From positions 66,712,001 through 66,776,000 of the forward strand of contig NC_042999.1 in the NCBI RefSeq assembly GCF_006345805.1: a stretch of DNA of 64,000 nucleotides, written 5' to 3'. Position 1 is the first letter of the stretch, and every line of letters begins with the position of its first letter. The notes under the pieces are model-generated. The model was not told the origin of the DNA. It saw only the letters and a program-made list of their open reading frames with translations, and searched no databases. A program made the translations under genes and the position numbers. Below are positions 37,515 through 50,520 of the stretch, piece after piece. Source of the stretch: Octopus sinensis (Eukaryota).

Positions 37515-38772
37515 TGAGGGGCGTTCAATAAGTAATGCCTCTGACCCACTTCCCATAGCAGTAGAGCAACGAAACTTGGCACAGTTATTAGTCTTTTCCT
37601 ACATAGGAACTACCCAGAGTCATGCATTTCTCCCATCGTTTGATACAGCTCTGGAGGCCGTTTTTGTAGAAGACCCCAGCTTGGTCCTCCAACCACGACG
37701 TGACTTCAGAAATCAAGGCTGCATCATCTGGGAAACGCTTTCCTTTCAAAATCAACTTCATGGCTGGGAAGAGGTGAAAATCAGAGGGTGCAAGGGGAGG
37801 AGTTCATAGCTGCACGCCTGTGCTTCTGATCTGGCGACACGCGAGTTGTGGACCGGAGCGATGTCCTGCAGGAGGAGGATGCCTTTGTTGATCTTGCCCC
37901 GCCTCTTGATTTTGATAGCTTCTCTTAATTTCCTCAAAAGTGAAGCACTATAGGCTCCTGTAATTGTGGTACCCTTTGCCAGGAAATCTGTCATCACAAC
38001 TCCGTCCTGGTCCCAGAAGACTGTGAGCATAACCTTGTCAGCGGAGGGCTGCACCCTTGCCTTCTTTGGAGGAGGTGAGTCACGATGCTTTCACTGCATT
38101 GAATGGGCTTTGGTCTATGTGATGGACCCAGGTTTTATCCTGTGTGATCAGTCTTTTGAAAAATTTTGACTCATCTTCTTGGCACATCTCCAAATTCATC
38201 CTCGTGCACTCAACGCGTTCTTGCTTCTGGAAAGGTGTGAGCAACCTGGAAATCCATCTGGCAGACACCTTTTGCATATGCAAATGGTCATGAATGATAG
38301 TTTCCACAGACCCGGTACTAATCTTGACCTTATGGGCTATTTGGCGAATAGTTATGCGTTGACCTTCCAAAATGCAGCCTCAACTTGACGGACAGACGTC
38401 TCATCAACGGCAGAAGGGGGCGACCAGATCTGGGAGCTGTTTCCACAGAGTTCCGACTATGTTTGAATTCACAATGCCAGCGTTTTACAAGGTCATATGA
38501 TGGGGTATCATCACCATAAGTTACTTTCATTTCATCAAAAGTCTCCCGTGGTGTGCGTCCTTTCAAATACAAAAACCAGATCACTGCTCGACACTCAACA
38601 GGCTCCATTTCACACTTGACTCAGTTCAAACACCTGTAAATCAGAAACCACAATTCAGAGCTGTAATTCGCCACTTAATCTATAGAGGTATAAATAAGTG
38701 CACATGCAAAATGTCATGCTAGATCAAACAAATGCAAGTGGGTCAGAGGCATTACTTATTGATCGCCCCTCG
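37515..38772 (-). mobile_element. Mariner transposon (irritans/Himar-like), full length between TIRs, transposase frameshifted
   Basis: TIRs YGAGGGGCG(T/A)TCAATAAGTAATGCCTCTGACCCACT with TA TSDs. ORF pieces MEPVECRAVIWFLYLKG..PRSGRP, ARWISRLLT..LITQDKTWVHH and KVMLTVFWD..LLQDIAPVH. Confidence 0.95.
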
Positions 38773-40490
38773 TATAATAAAAATGTGTGTCTGTCTGTGT
38801 GTTTCCCTAAAACTTGAGAACTACACAACCAATTTCATTCAAATTTTATACATGCCTTACTGAGGGGCCGGGGAGTGTCATAGGCAAAACAAATTTTTTA
38901 CTTTTTGCCTAGGGCGAGCCCACAGCAATATCATATCTTCTCCACTACGATTCCCTAAAACTTGAGAACTACACAACCAATTTCATTCAAATTTAACACA
39001 TGCCTTACTTAGAGCCCATGTAGTTTCATGGACAAAAAATGTTCTAATACTTGCCTAGGGCGAGCCCATAGCAATATCATATTTACTCCACTATCTCAGT
39101 ATTACGTGTTAAAAGTGAAACAAAAATATTTCTCTATTTTATGTGAGATACTTTCACTTTAACAATAAAAATTAGAGATAATAATAACAATTGAATTATA
39201 TGTAGTAAGTAATAATTAAAATCAAACTAAAGTATAATATAAACGTAACATAACAAAAGTTAAAATAGCAATTGGTATAAAATTGTATCAATGACTTGAA
39301 CTTGAATAAGTGGTTTCACATGAATGGGAATAAATTTTTTTTAAATTAGCGTGCAGAAATGGAATAGTCCAGATGGAGGTGTGCACATACCGTTTACTAC
39401 GGCTTTTACATTAGATTATCTGCTAATCAGCTAGCGTTAACTATCTATGTGAAGTTAGGCTGTATGTAATGTCTGTTTTCTCGAACAGCCGCTTCTACTG
39501 AGTACTGCTGTTGGTTTATTTCTTATACATAAAGGACTATAGCTTCAACTCCTTACTGCTTTTTGATTCACCGTAAAGTTTGTTGTTATTATTATTACTA
39601 TTTAACTATTGCTTTCACGTTTGTTGGTTCCTCGTAAGGGAAACGTTGTTGTGTTGCATTTGTTAAATAATTGTAAATTGCAACCCTCCCCCTTTGGGAG
39701 AAGGAGCTTTGGTTATTGTTTAAAAATTGAATTTTGTCCCTGTTTGGAGAAATTGACAATATGTTCATCGTTTACACGGAAGCAGTTTTGTTAGAATACC
39801 TTCGATAGAAGAAAGTCCAAAAATGAATTTCGCTGCAGCCGTCGGCGGGTGCGAACTCATTAAAATTAAAATGGAAGAAATACAAACCTATTTCGGATTG
39901 ATCACCGACAAAGATGTTGAATCTAGGATAACACCACCAAACGAAATAAAAGAATAAATTAAAGAAAAGACTATTGTCTATAAAAAATACAATGTAGAGA
40001 AAAAAAAAGATTTGAACACCTGGAGGAAAGCACCATCGAAAAGTGTCTTGGTGCGACTATGAAAGATATCTAACCAGAGGCGGTAAATTCGCCACAATAG
40101 AAGCAAGGTTCGAGTCAACGGAGCGTGCAAGGGAGTACTCGACTCGAACCTTGTAAAGTGGAAATATTTTATTTTTACCTTTATATCTGGGACGTAGGAC
40201 GACCCGGATAAAAATTTAAAATGTCCCCCCAGAAGTAGAGGTAGGCTGGATCGTAGCCACACTTCTATACAAGAGGGAGGACAAGATACAATTGATCGAA
40301 ATTGCTAGTGAAGGGCCTACAATTCCAATTTTGAGTACTGTTATCATTAGCGATATCAAGATATAACTTTGTATTTTGTATTTTATGTGTAGAGGTATAT
40401 ATATAGATGTACATGTAATATGTACACATATATATACACATAGATACATGCACTAGCACTATGACTCGACAACGACGGATCATAATGCTA

Positions 40491-40491
<1 letters not shown>
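38773..40491 (+). mobile_element. Possible non-autonomous Helitron-like element with internal 148 bp tandem duplication
   Basis: Starts tataataaaaatgtgtgtctgtctg and ends caacgacgg..tgCTAG|T at 40491. The tandem unit begins at 38803 and 38951. No Rep/helicase ORF. Confidence 0.42.
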
Positions 40492-40529
<38 letters not shown>

Positions 40530-41254
40530 TATATTATGTCGAGGGCATTACTATACATAAATGTCACACGCGAGGAGGGACACTTAATATCAAAACTACC
40601 AAAATAAATGAATACATAACTACTTGATAAATTCTTATGAAGATTTTATCCTATTTTACCTTATTCAAAGATAAAATTTAACGACTTTATTATTTAAATA
40701 CTATTTTAAATTTCGTGTTCTTCTTAAGGTGGAGAAGTAACAGAACCAATGACGCGTCGGCAGATATACTTTAATGCATATTTTTCGACTCATTGCGTCT
40801 TGATTTCAGATCCCAGTTGCCTGGAGAAAGCAACAACAAACTAGGGTTGTATCTATAGTTTATTCATTTTAAGCGAATTTCCAATAACCTAGTCAAAAAC
40901 GACAGGTTAGGGACGGGCATTCCCAGGTGAAACCGAGAGTGCTGAAGGAGGTTCACATATGCAGGACATGAGCAAAGATAGAGCACCAATAGACCAGATG
41001 ATATGTTTGTAATTTTTCTTTATTCAATCTTTTAAAATACAACGCCGCTCTATGGTTATTCACAGAAATATTATCTACTAGGTTGCTCATTGTAAATCGA
41101 CAGAAAACGTTAATCATTTGACGATGTGGCCAATACGTGCGTAGCATCGTGTTATTGAATCATTTTGACAATTATGTATGTAGTACAACATCAACTTTGG
41201 AAGCCGTTCAAGCTCTGTACAAGCTGCTGCATTGGTTTTCCTTTGCTTTCCTTT

Positions 41255-41451
41255 TTATTTTGGATATGGACAAGCCTTGGCACACTTTACATACTGGTAT
41301 AATATTCCTCTGCGGAAATATGTATAATAGCAATTATATCGACATTTGCAGTGCTCCTCTCGATAACACTTCTCCATAGAATTATAAGAAAGAGCAATAT
41401 CCTTGCTCTTAAGCTCAGCCTTGCAATCATATCGACATGCCAGTTCACCGG
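41255..41451 (-). CDS. CRP4 orphan mature-peptide exon; (A)GELACRYDCKAELKSKDIALSYNSMEKCYREEHCKCRYNCYYTYFRRGILYQYVKCAKACPYPK*
   Basis: Intact acceptor ctaattttAG (41453-41452), phase 1, 8 Cys, TAA at 41257-41255. Flanks 40740-41645 are an inverted copy of the CRP5 flanks. No signal exon found before the gap. Confidence 0.75.
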
Positions 41452-41808
41452 CTAAAATTAGAAAATGCGAAAAGTCATTAAATAGCATTTTATGATATTT
41501 AAAAACGAATTTAAAGATACATTGCATCTTACTACATTCATTAGATTCATCTCTTTCTTTAAACCTGCTTTACGCTGTTTCTACTACACAGGTCAACGTT
41601 CAACGTGTCCACCGTTTAAAACAATTTACTCTCAACGCATATCACACATACATACTCTCAACTATATCACACATACATATATATGGTGGTTACATAAGAT
41701 TTCGTTATTGCAATAAATTTGACATGCAGCTGTTTCCAGTAGCTATCATAAGAAACAGCTCTAAGTCAAATTTACTAAAACAAAGAAAAATTATGCAGTG
41801 ACAATTAA

Positions 41809-41876
<68 letters not shown>

Positions 41877-42419
41877 ATATGATATATAGTTCTAATCCAG
41901 AAACGCGTCCGTAACTAACCGTAGACTTTGTTTTCTTTATTTTTCCTTCTGTTTTACATATGTGAGTCACATGTATATGTTGTATGTGGAGTCATACTTG
42001 TAGAAAATTGAAATAAGCGGTCTTTGACTGGTGTTTTTAATTCTTCGGTATGTGACTAAGCAACCTTTTACTTGCCCTTTTGTATATATATATATATATA
42101 CATATATAAGCAAAGATGCAAGTTCTAAACCCTCTCCAGAGAATCACGTACTAGTTGTACTGCCAAGTAATATTCGTAGCCTCTTCAACATGAGTAAACG
42201 TTCGAACGAATTCTACTGCAATATTTTAACCCGAAGAGGACATCTACTCTATCTGGTTAACGATGATGCAGAGCTGAATCTGATAAATTGCAAGCAGAGG
42301 AGCTACCACATTCTAGTGTCTCGACGAGTAGACCACACTTGGTTTCGGGGTATTTCTGTCATCCTTCAGAACTGGACAACTTGTCTGCTAAAGATGGCAG
42401 TAGCTCGCCTATGCTTGCA

Positions 42420-42469
<50 letters not shown>

Positions 42470-43483
42470 GCGAACCCACAGTCGCTGTGTCCCTTGAAAT
42501 TTTACGTTACCATGGTGGACAGGTGAGTTTTAGCTTCACTACTATTATAATGTAAATCTTTTTGAACTCATAATATTCTGTACGTGTATACCAATATTTA
42601 CTGAACGTTTTTAATAATTCCTTCTGGAAATTATCTTGAGAATGTATAATATATTTGTTGTAATCTTTTGTGCCCATTATTTCAATGAGCTTGTTAAACT
42701 TTTTTATATTCTCAACATGCTCTTGTCACCAAAGAATGTACATTTATATGGATTGTAGTACTCTGTGTCAACCAATATTCTGTGCATGTTTGAATATACA
42801 GATACAATACCAATACCAATATCAATTCCTTCTGGAAACTATCTTAAGCATGTCCTTGAGAATGATTATTTATGTAGTAATCTTTTGTGCCCAATATTTT
42901 AAGGAACTTGTTGAACTTTTTTATGTCCTTAACATGTCCCTGTTACCAAAGATTGTATATATGTAATGTAGCAATTTGTAACACCAATAATTAACGCAAC
43001 CAAACTTCTACATGTTACTTTTGACAATCTTTTTCCAAAGAGTGAAACCGGTAAAGTAAATAAACATCTTTTAAATTACATTTTCAAACCTTCTTTCGTA
43101 TATAATTCCACTCGTGCGGTACCCTACAACGCCACTTTGTTATATATATACATCATGATTTAGAGTCTTCTCCAACACAACTTCGTTTTATAGACAGTTA
43201 CTCTATATCCAATTGACTACTCCTAATGTATTCTTTCCTCTCTGACGTTAAGGGATACATATGGTAATACTTATGATCATACCTAGCCATGAGCTGTCAA
43301 CTCAACTCACTCTTACCTTTATTCTAAACAGACACAGTCCTCCAGTCAAAGATGTAGTAGTTGATAAAGAGATAAATGAATTAGAAATAAATCACAATCC
43401 TCTACAAGCTACGACCCTAATGGACTTCATGCGATTCTTGGAAGGGAAGGCTATTCTTAGCTACAATAGCTATATATATATAG

Positions 43484-43488
<5 letters not shown>

Positions 43489-43577
<89 letters not shown>
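43489..43577. repeat. (TG)n microsatellite
   Basis: Directly visible. Confidence 0.97.
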
Positions 43578-43579
<2 letters not shown>

Positions 43580-44788
43580 GCAATGAAAATCCTGGTATGA
43601 AAATTTAGGAGCATCCAGCACCTGTTCATGACAAATATTCTCTTGAAAAATTCCAAAAATTATAAAAAGAATATAGTATTTGCAGATTGCCATGTTCAGT
43701 ATATAGCCTTATTTTTCACAATTACGTCAATCGCTTTCAAATGTATTCATTCAGCATAGTTTGCAGAAGAATATACGGAAAATGAAAACTGTGATCAATA
43801 GAAGTTAATTTGGCTGATGGTAATTTCAGTTTCTTCACTTTAAGAAATGGGAAACGTTTTAGAAGACTTTGACTTCAAACAAATTCATCTGAAAAATTTA
43901 TCAATGATTGCAACAATCATTTACTGCTTTTAATATGGCAGGCAAATGTAAACTCTCAGTACATTGGAGAAAGCGGTATGATATTGATGTGATAAGTGAC
44001 TAGCTTCTAAACAAAAGCTAAGAATAATAAAGCTGATGGTGTTTGGGAAAATTTCGATCAAAATATATTTCTGGTCCTTTTTTATTATTTACTTATGCTT
44101 TTTATTACATTTTTTAAAAATGTAAATTCATATGTATTGAATTGTCTTAAGTTAAACCATTTCAGCCTCATTTTTAGTAGTACTAGAATGTAAAATATTA
44201 ACGTAAATATAATTAATTATATTAATAACAGAAGCGTTGTCACAAAGACACTAGAATTAAAAGAGCTGTAACTGAGCCTGGAAAAGTACAGGAAAAGAGG
44301 AAAGAAATCTTCAAAATCTAAAATATCAATAACTGCCCTGAAATATTTTTTTAAATTTTTACAGAAAAGTTTATATTAAAATACTCAAGAAGCTATTTAC
44401 TTTCAATTTTAGTGCAGACTAACTACCCGAAATTTATACAGCAACATTTCAGTATTACAAATTTAGTGCAGTATACATTTTACAAATCACATAATAGTAA
44501 TTTAAGTAAAATTGATTATGTATTAAAAACCCTACATTCTGATGTTCCTTTTTTAAAGGATAAAGTGCCATATGTACATTTTGTACTCTACTTGTTTCTT
44601 GGCTTGCAGTTATTAAAATATATTCCTGACGGTAGACACTGTGTTATCTGAAACTGAAATCGCGATGAGATAATTTGTATCTTGGAAAACTTATATTTAC
44701 TACTTTTTTAGACTAAATTTTGAATTACATATCTTATAAATATACATGTACTATAAATATTTAAAACTGATATGTTAACGTAAATTCA

Positions 44789-44888
44789 NNNNNNNNNNNN
44801 NNNNNNNNNNNNNNNNNNNNNNNNNNNNNNNNNNNNNNNNNNNNNNNNNNNNNNNNNNNNNNNNNNNNNNNNNNNNNNNNNNNNNNNN
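44789..44888. other. Assembly gap (100 N, probably an unknown-size placeholder)
   Basis: Run of exactly 100 N. Confidence 0.99.
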
Positions 44889-45895
44889 CAAGTATCACTG
44901 GATACCTGGAGCCAGCCATTTTCAAAAAGTCAGGGAAACTCACTTCACCCGCGGCCACTGGGGTCCATAGAGTCAAAGTAATCTTTGCACCCTCCCAACT
45001 GACTGCAGGCGTCACCTTCACGTCTGAGAGTCTGGGCCTACTATCTCACAGGCCCCACCGGATGGCATCTGCGATCCACCCCGCTTCGGTGCCCGGGGAC
45101 AGCCCACATACCCAAGTTCGTATCACCTTCTTCCCACTTAATGTGGAAGAAACAAAATTTCTTCGCCTTGCAGGGGCTGGCTAGCCACACCACCAGCTTC
45201 CTCGGGGGAGTCAAACAGCAGCCACACCGTGGATATTTGACTCTCCTGGCTATAAAGTATTTTTAGCTTGAAAACACCTTGCCAGTTCTTTTTCTATGAT
45301 ACCCCTATCGCAGGGGGCGATGGCATGAAGCGACCTAGAATAGATCCGTATTACCACCGTTCTCCTCTCAAGGCTTTCAATCCATTACTTAGGTGGGACA
45401 ACCTCCCACTCTAAGGCACGTTTTGTATTTGTCATGTTAAAAATCAGTTCAAAAGGAGAAAGAAAGTCCAAATAAATTAAGAAGAAGTCCAAAAAGAAAT
45501 AAACAAGTCAGTCCAAAAATGAATAAAAAATAAAATCCAAAAGAAACGTGAAAACAGTTCCAAAAGAAAAAAAATACAGAAGGATAGTGAAAAGAAAAAC
45601 AGTTCATACAGCGAACATCAATGACCAACAGGTACTCCTGGCCAACTTCGTAGGTTCAATGGTAATCCAACAAGTTTCAATGGCAAAGTCCAATACGGTC
45701 GAGCGAGGATACGCCCACATTTTTTTCCAATACAACAGAACAACAAACAGCTGTCCCGACAGCAGGCACAATTACCCCGGAAATAGGCGAAATTCATCAA
45801 CAAACAAACAATTACTATTTGACAAATTACACCCAGCTCAAACGAAAACAAAACCACCTAGCTCGACGACCTTATGCCGCTGTTCTTTTTTTCTT
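44889..45895 (-). mobile_element. 5' UTR/ORF1 part of an L1/Tx1-like LINE, cut by the gap (copy 1)
   Basis: Near-identical to 55207-56210. Confidence 0.5.
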
Positions 45896-47342
45896 TCAGT
45901 TAAATATTGGATGGAGCCAGCACACTCACGTCCACCTCGGTTCCCTGTAATAAGCAACACCAACGCGCATGTGCGGGAAGCAAGCTACTTACCGCACAGC
46001 CACTCTTACGCTTATATTTGTAACGTTGTATTTGTATTTGTCATGTTAAAAATCAGAGCCAATCTTACGCCTATATTTATTTATTCGCATTACAAAAATT
46101 TTACATTATAATATTTTCTGTAAGTCAACTATAGCAAAGATTTTATACCAAGACATCAAGGACGACATCAAATTTTCTATATAAGTGTGTACCTTAAATG
46201 ACTTCGATTACTCTGTATGTTTTAAGGAATTACATTCTCTCTCATACGCACACACATACATAAAAAGATGTATGCATATGTATTCATCTATGTGTACATG
46301 AAGGATGTGTATGTGTGTGAGACAGAGAGAGACCGAGCGAGTGCCGCTTACACATACATGACAAGACATATCTTCACTCACGCAGTCTCTCTCTCTCTCT
46401 CATTCCCTGTCTCACACGCAGGTCCATTTCACATACACGTACATACCCCCACACACACACGCCCATTTCACATACATGCATATACCCACACACACACACG
46501 TCCATTCCACATACACGTACATACATCTTTCTCTTTCTCCTATCTTTCACTTTCTGCTCTCACTTCAAAGCAAACGTCGTGGTTTCACTTTCCCTTCTCT
46601 TTCAATTTCAGCTTTCTTCAAAGCATAAAGAAATAATTTTTGAAAAGGAACTGAGTTGCCAATTTTGACGAGTGGAATATCAAAAATTCAGTAATATTTT
46701 GGCCAGTAAAGTACCTTATTTGCATTTACATATTTGCATTACAAAAATTTAACATCTGTCTATAATTCAAGTATCCTAAACGAAATTGTATACCAAGACG
46801 ACGACGACGTCACATTTTCTATATGAGTGTGTGCCTTAAAAGACGTCCATTTCTCTATAAATTATGAGGAAATACAATCACTCACTTTCTCACATGCAAA
46901 CGCAGACACACAGAAAGATAATGTGTGTGAGAGAAATAAAGAGAAAGTGCGAGAGCGGGAGAAAGGTAGTGAAGACCACTTACACATACATGCAAAAGAT
47001 TACATACATGAAAACACACATTTCATTCATTCTCCCTCTCTTCCATACGGACACACACACGCATGCGCACACACACGTCTATTTCATATGCAAGTAGATA
47101 CATCTTTCACTTTCTCCTCCCTTTGCATTTCTGCTCCCAGTTGAAATCAAATGTCGCGTTTTCACTCTCTCCTCTTTTTCAATTTCTACTCTCTTCAAAG
47201 CATAAAGATATTAAAAAAATTCATACGGAAATTAAAGAACAATCATACGATCTACCATATGAAACACTCAACAACATTCCTGCTTCAAAAGAAAGGCTGC
47301 CGTAAAATATAATACTTTGGCGTACACACGCACGCACACACA

Positions 47343-47383
<41 letters not shown>

Positions 47384-47909
47384 CACACACACACACACAC
47401 ACTGCGTGAAACTTTTCTATATATTATGTTATTTCTTGCTATGTGCACGCGCAAAATTACAGCCGAAATACAATTGAAATCATGTATTCTATTCTGTAAT
47501 TCGTGAATTCTCTCTCTCTGTATATAGTTACATACATACTTAGAAACGCACGTATGCTTGGGCACATGCACTAATCTTACAAATGTGTGTGTGTGTTTGT
47601 GTTTGTGCGCGTGTGTATCTGTGTGTTGCGTTTGTGTGCATGTGTGTGTGTGTTTGTGTGTGTGCGCGTGTGTGTGCGTGTATATGTATCTCTCTATGTA
47701 GTGGTGTTTTCCTTTTTCTTTGAAAATGCATGCAAGGAGATAATGGCCAGGATCTTTACCTGTAAACGTGACACTTGACACAAGGAAGAAAGTAAGTGTA
47801 ATCTCAATAATTACTATTTTGAAGGTTTATAATAAAACTTTCATTGAAATAAACAAGCGATAAACAACTCGGAATGTATTGTATTTGTGACAGCTTGGCG
47901 TAGGATTCT

Positions 47910-47966
47910 TATATAAGAGCATCGTTACCTTCTGCACCACATATGAAGAAGCACTTACTGGTAAGT
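47910..47966 (+). promoter_or_regulatory. CRP5 TATA box, putative short non-coding exon 1 and donor
   Basis: TATATAA at 47910-47916; consensus donor CTG|GTAAGT at 47960/47961; pairs with acceptor ttttaCAG|GTTCAAC-ATG at 48373/48374. Confidence 0.65.
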
Positions 47967-48206
47967 TTCATTCTTCCTATCTTCACATCTATTTATATCT
48001 ATCTATCTCTCTATATATCTTACTGCTTGTCTCCGTCTGTCTCTATATATCTATCTTTGTATCTATTTGTCTATCTATCTATCTTCATCCATCATTTTCT
48101 TTAGTCATTAGACTGCGATCCTGGCAGTTTAACACGAACAGTTTGCCCACACTATTGAGCATCGTACTAACTACTTCTTTTAGGTAAGTTTAATGTTTCT
48201 GGATAT

Positions 48207-48308
<102 letters not shown>

Positions 48309-48380
48309 TATAAATATACATATATATGTGGACATATACATACAATATATGTTGGTATTTATAAATTTTACAGGTTCAAC

Positions 48381-48444
48381 ATGAATTCTACACTTTCTCT
48401 CATCTTCTTCTTGGGAATATACATGATGATTGCCCTGACCGAAG
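48381..48444 (+). CDS. CRP5 signal-peptide exon ([22 protein letters not shown]); spliced product 85 aa
   Basis: ATG at 48381, hydrophobic core, donor GAAG|GTAAG at 48444/48445 (phase 1). Confidence 0.88.
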
Positions 48445-50326
48445 GTAAGAAAACTGGTCACCCATTCGTTAAATGATTTTTCGACCTTTGTCTATTTGCG
48501 CATGCAAATCTAGTTTTAGTGCAGACTTTTCATAACTGTCTAGAATCAATTTTCCTGAGAATTACAATTCATATATTATGCTTTCTTAAAAATTTCCCTA
48601 TATATGGGATTCATTTTATAGATAAGATATATCTTAATATAATCCTTAATCAATCCCTTCAGTTCAGTTTGTTCCCTTCACTCTTATTGCTTCCTTTTCA
48701 TGTCTGCTTCAAAAGACCACATCTCAATATTCACTTCGAGCAATTTCATCTCACCAATAATATTCCATTCGACGAAATTCCTTAGCTCTATCCTTTCATT
48801 GGTCCGAATCACACAATTACCGATTGTTCCTTTAGGTTGGACTTAGTTCTCCATAAGTGCGATTGTGATTATCACACGGCTATGTAAATACCACATTTGG
48901 AACTAAACATAACACTGAAACACATAATAAACGCAATCGCACACATACATTACACATACGCTCACACGACATACACCACACAAGTATACTAAGCAAAAAT
49001 TCTTCTTTTATTAAAACTCTTAATGCAACACGGAACCAAAATCTGCCTCTTCTGATTAAATGCAGATGAATGTTGGTTGCGGTGCCCTTTTCATGACTCT
49101 CAAAACCCGTCGTTCATTGCTACATTGAGCGTTATTCATTTTGTCTTTACTGGAATGCGTAACGAATAATCGATTATTACAGGCCAAGATTCCATTGCCA
49201 ATTGCAGTATCACATATATGATGGAAACCAAAATAAAGAATAAGTTTTTTTCATGATTTTCAGCATTTCCTCATTCTCAGAGACTATTTCCAAAGATATA
49301 ATCACTGGAAACTCTTATTCTAAGAAGAAACACATTCCCTCTTATACACAATTGAAAACATATCAGTCCAATATCAAAAACGATGTAATGCATTTTATAA
49401 GAATGCTTAATCATTTCCTTCAGTAGAAACCTCAAGAACGCTGTCCTATCTTTCAAACAGTTCTAAACAAATCTCATGAAATCACTGAGTACCATACATT
49501 TGTAACGTTTGTCGATATTACTATCAAGAAGCATGACCTATCTCACTGACATCATCCTAATAAGTGTCATCAGTATGATCTCTCTTTTACAGATTCAATC
49601 CTTCTCTTAACCTATTTATTCAATATTTCGTTATTTGAGCTGCTACTCTCTAGAATACACTTTACATTTTAGTTTTCTCAGAATCGTGAAAATTTGGAAT
49701 GTCCTATTTGAGATACCGAGTCTGTGTAGATGTACATTAAGAACGTCTCTTCCACCTGTATTATCACCGTCACTTAAAACATAACGTTCTATGAAAATCA
49801 TCAATTGGTTTTTCTAATATATTGATCACTGTCGTTGAAAGTGAGTAAATATTTTCGCAGGAGTAAACGTCTCGCATTTTTATTTTAAATAAAAGCGATG
49901 GTGTCTCTATTACAGCAATATCATGTTGAGTGTAAATCGCTTCATGGAATTCATCCAAATTGTCAAATAATTTAGAGCACTTAAATACATGAAAAACAGA
50001 ACAATTAAAATCATAGCAGTCAAATCAACTAATTTTGTGTCGTCTACAATAAAGATAAAAGTAGGAAGTTCAAACGACAAATTGGTATGGGTAATAGGTG
50101 ACACAATAATGGAGTTATTTAGGATATTATAGAGAGATATATGCGTTGAGAGTAAATTGTTTTAAACGGTGGACACGTTGAACGTTGACCTGCGCAGTAG
50201 AAACAGCGTAAAGCAGGTTTAAAGAAAGAGATGAATCTAATGAATGTAGTAAGATGCAATGTATCTTTAAATTCGTTTTTAAATATAAAATGCTATTTAA
50301 TGACTTTTCGTATTTTCTAATTTTAG

Positions 50327-50520
50327 CCGGTGAAGTGGCATGTCGATATGATTGCCAGCCTGAGCTTACGAGCAAGAATATTGCTCTTACTTATGAATCT
50401 ATGGAGAAGTGTCGTCGAGAGCACTGCAAATGTCGATATAATTGCTATTATAAATATTTCCTCAGACGAATGATATACCACTATGTAAAGTGTGCCAGGG
50501 CTTGTCCAGATCCAAAATAA
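50327..50520 (+). CDS. CRP5 mature-peptide exon; (A)GEVACRYDCQPELTSKNIALTYESMEKCRREHCKCRYNCYYKYFLRRMIYHYVKCARACPDPK*
   Basis: Acceptor ttttctaattttAG (50325-50326), phase 1, 8 Cys, TAA at 50518-50520, AATAAA at 50516 and 50751. Confidence 0.88.

Noticed and set aside
44761-45021. ORF spanning the N run
   Set aside because: Artefact of translating through the gap.
45548-46111. 187-aa plus-strand ORF (121 aa in the duplicate at 55907)
   Set aside because: Antisense to a LINE 5' region, runs into a SINE fragment, and its frame is not preserved between the duplicates.
50254-50326. In-frame upstream extension MQCIFKFVFKYKMLFNDFSYFLIL making CRP4/5/6 look like single-exon ORFs
   Set aside because: It is the polypyrimidine/acceptor end of the intron. 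The equivalent region of CRP1 has an in-frame TAA and no ATG, and a proper signal exon with a matching phase exists upstream.
50327-50520. Assigning CRP peptides to secreted PLA2, macin, defensin, ShK or CHH/ITP families
   Set aside because: CxREHC superficially recalls the PLA2 CCxxHD motif but lacks the catalytic Asp and the domain length. The Cys spacing does not match the other families as I know them, so no gene symbol is given.
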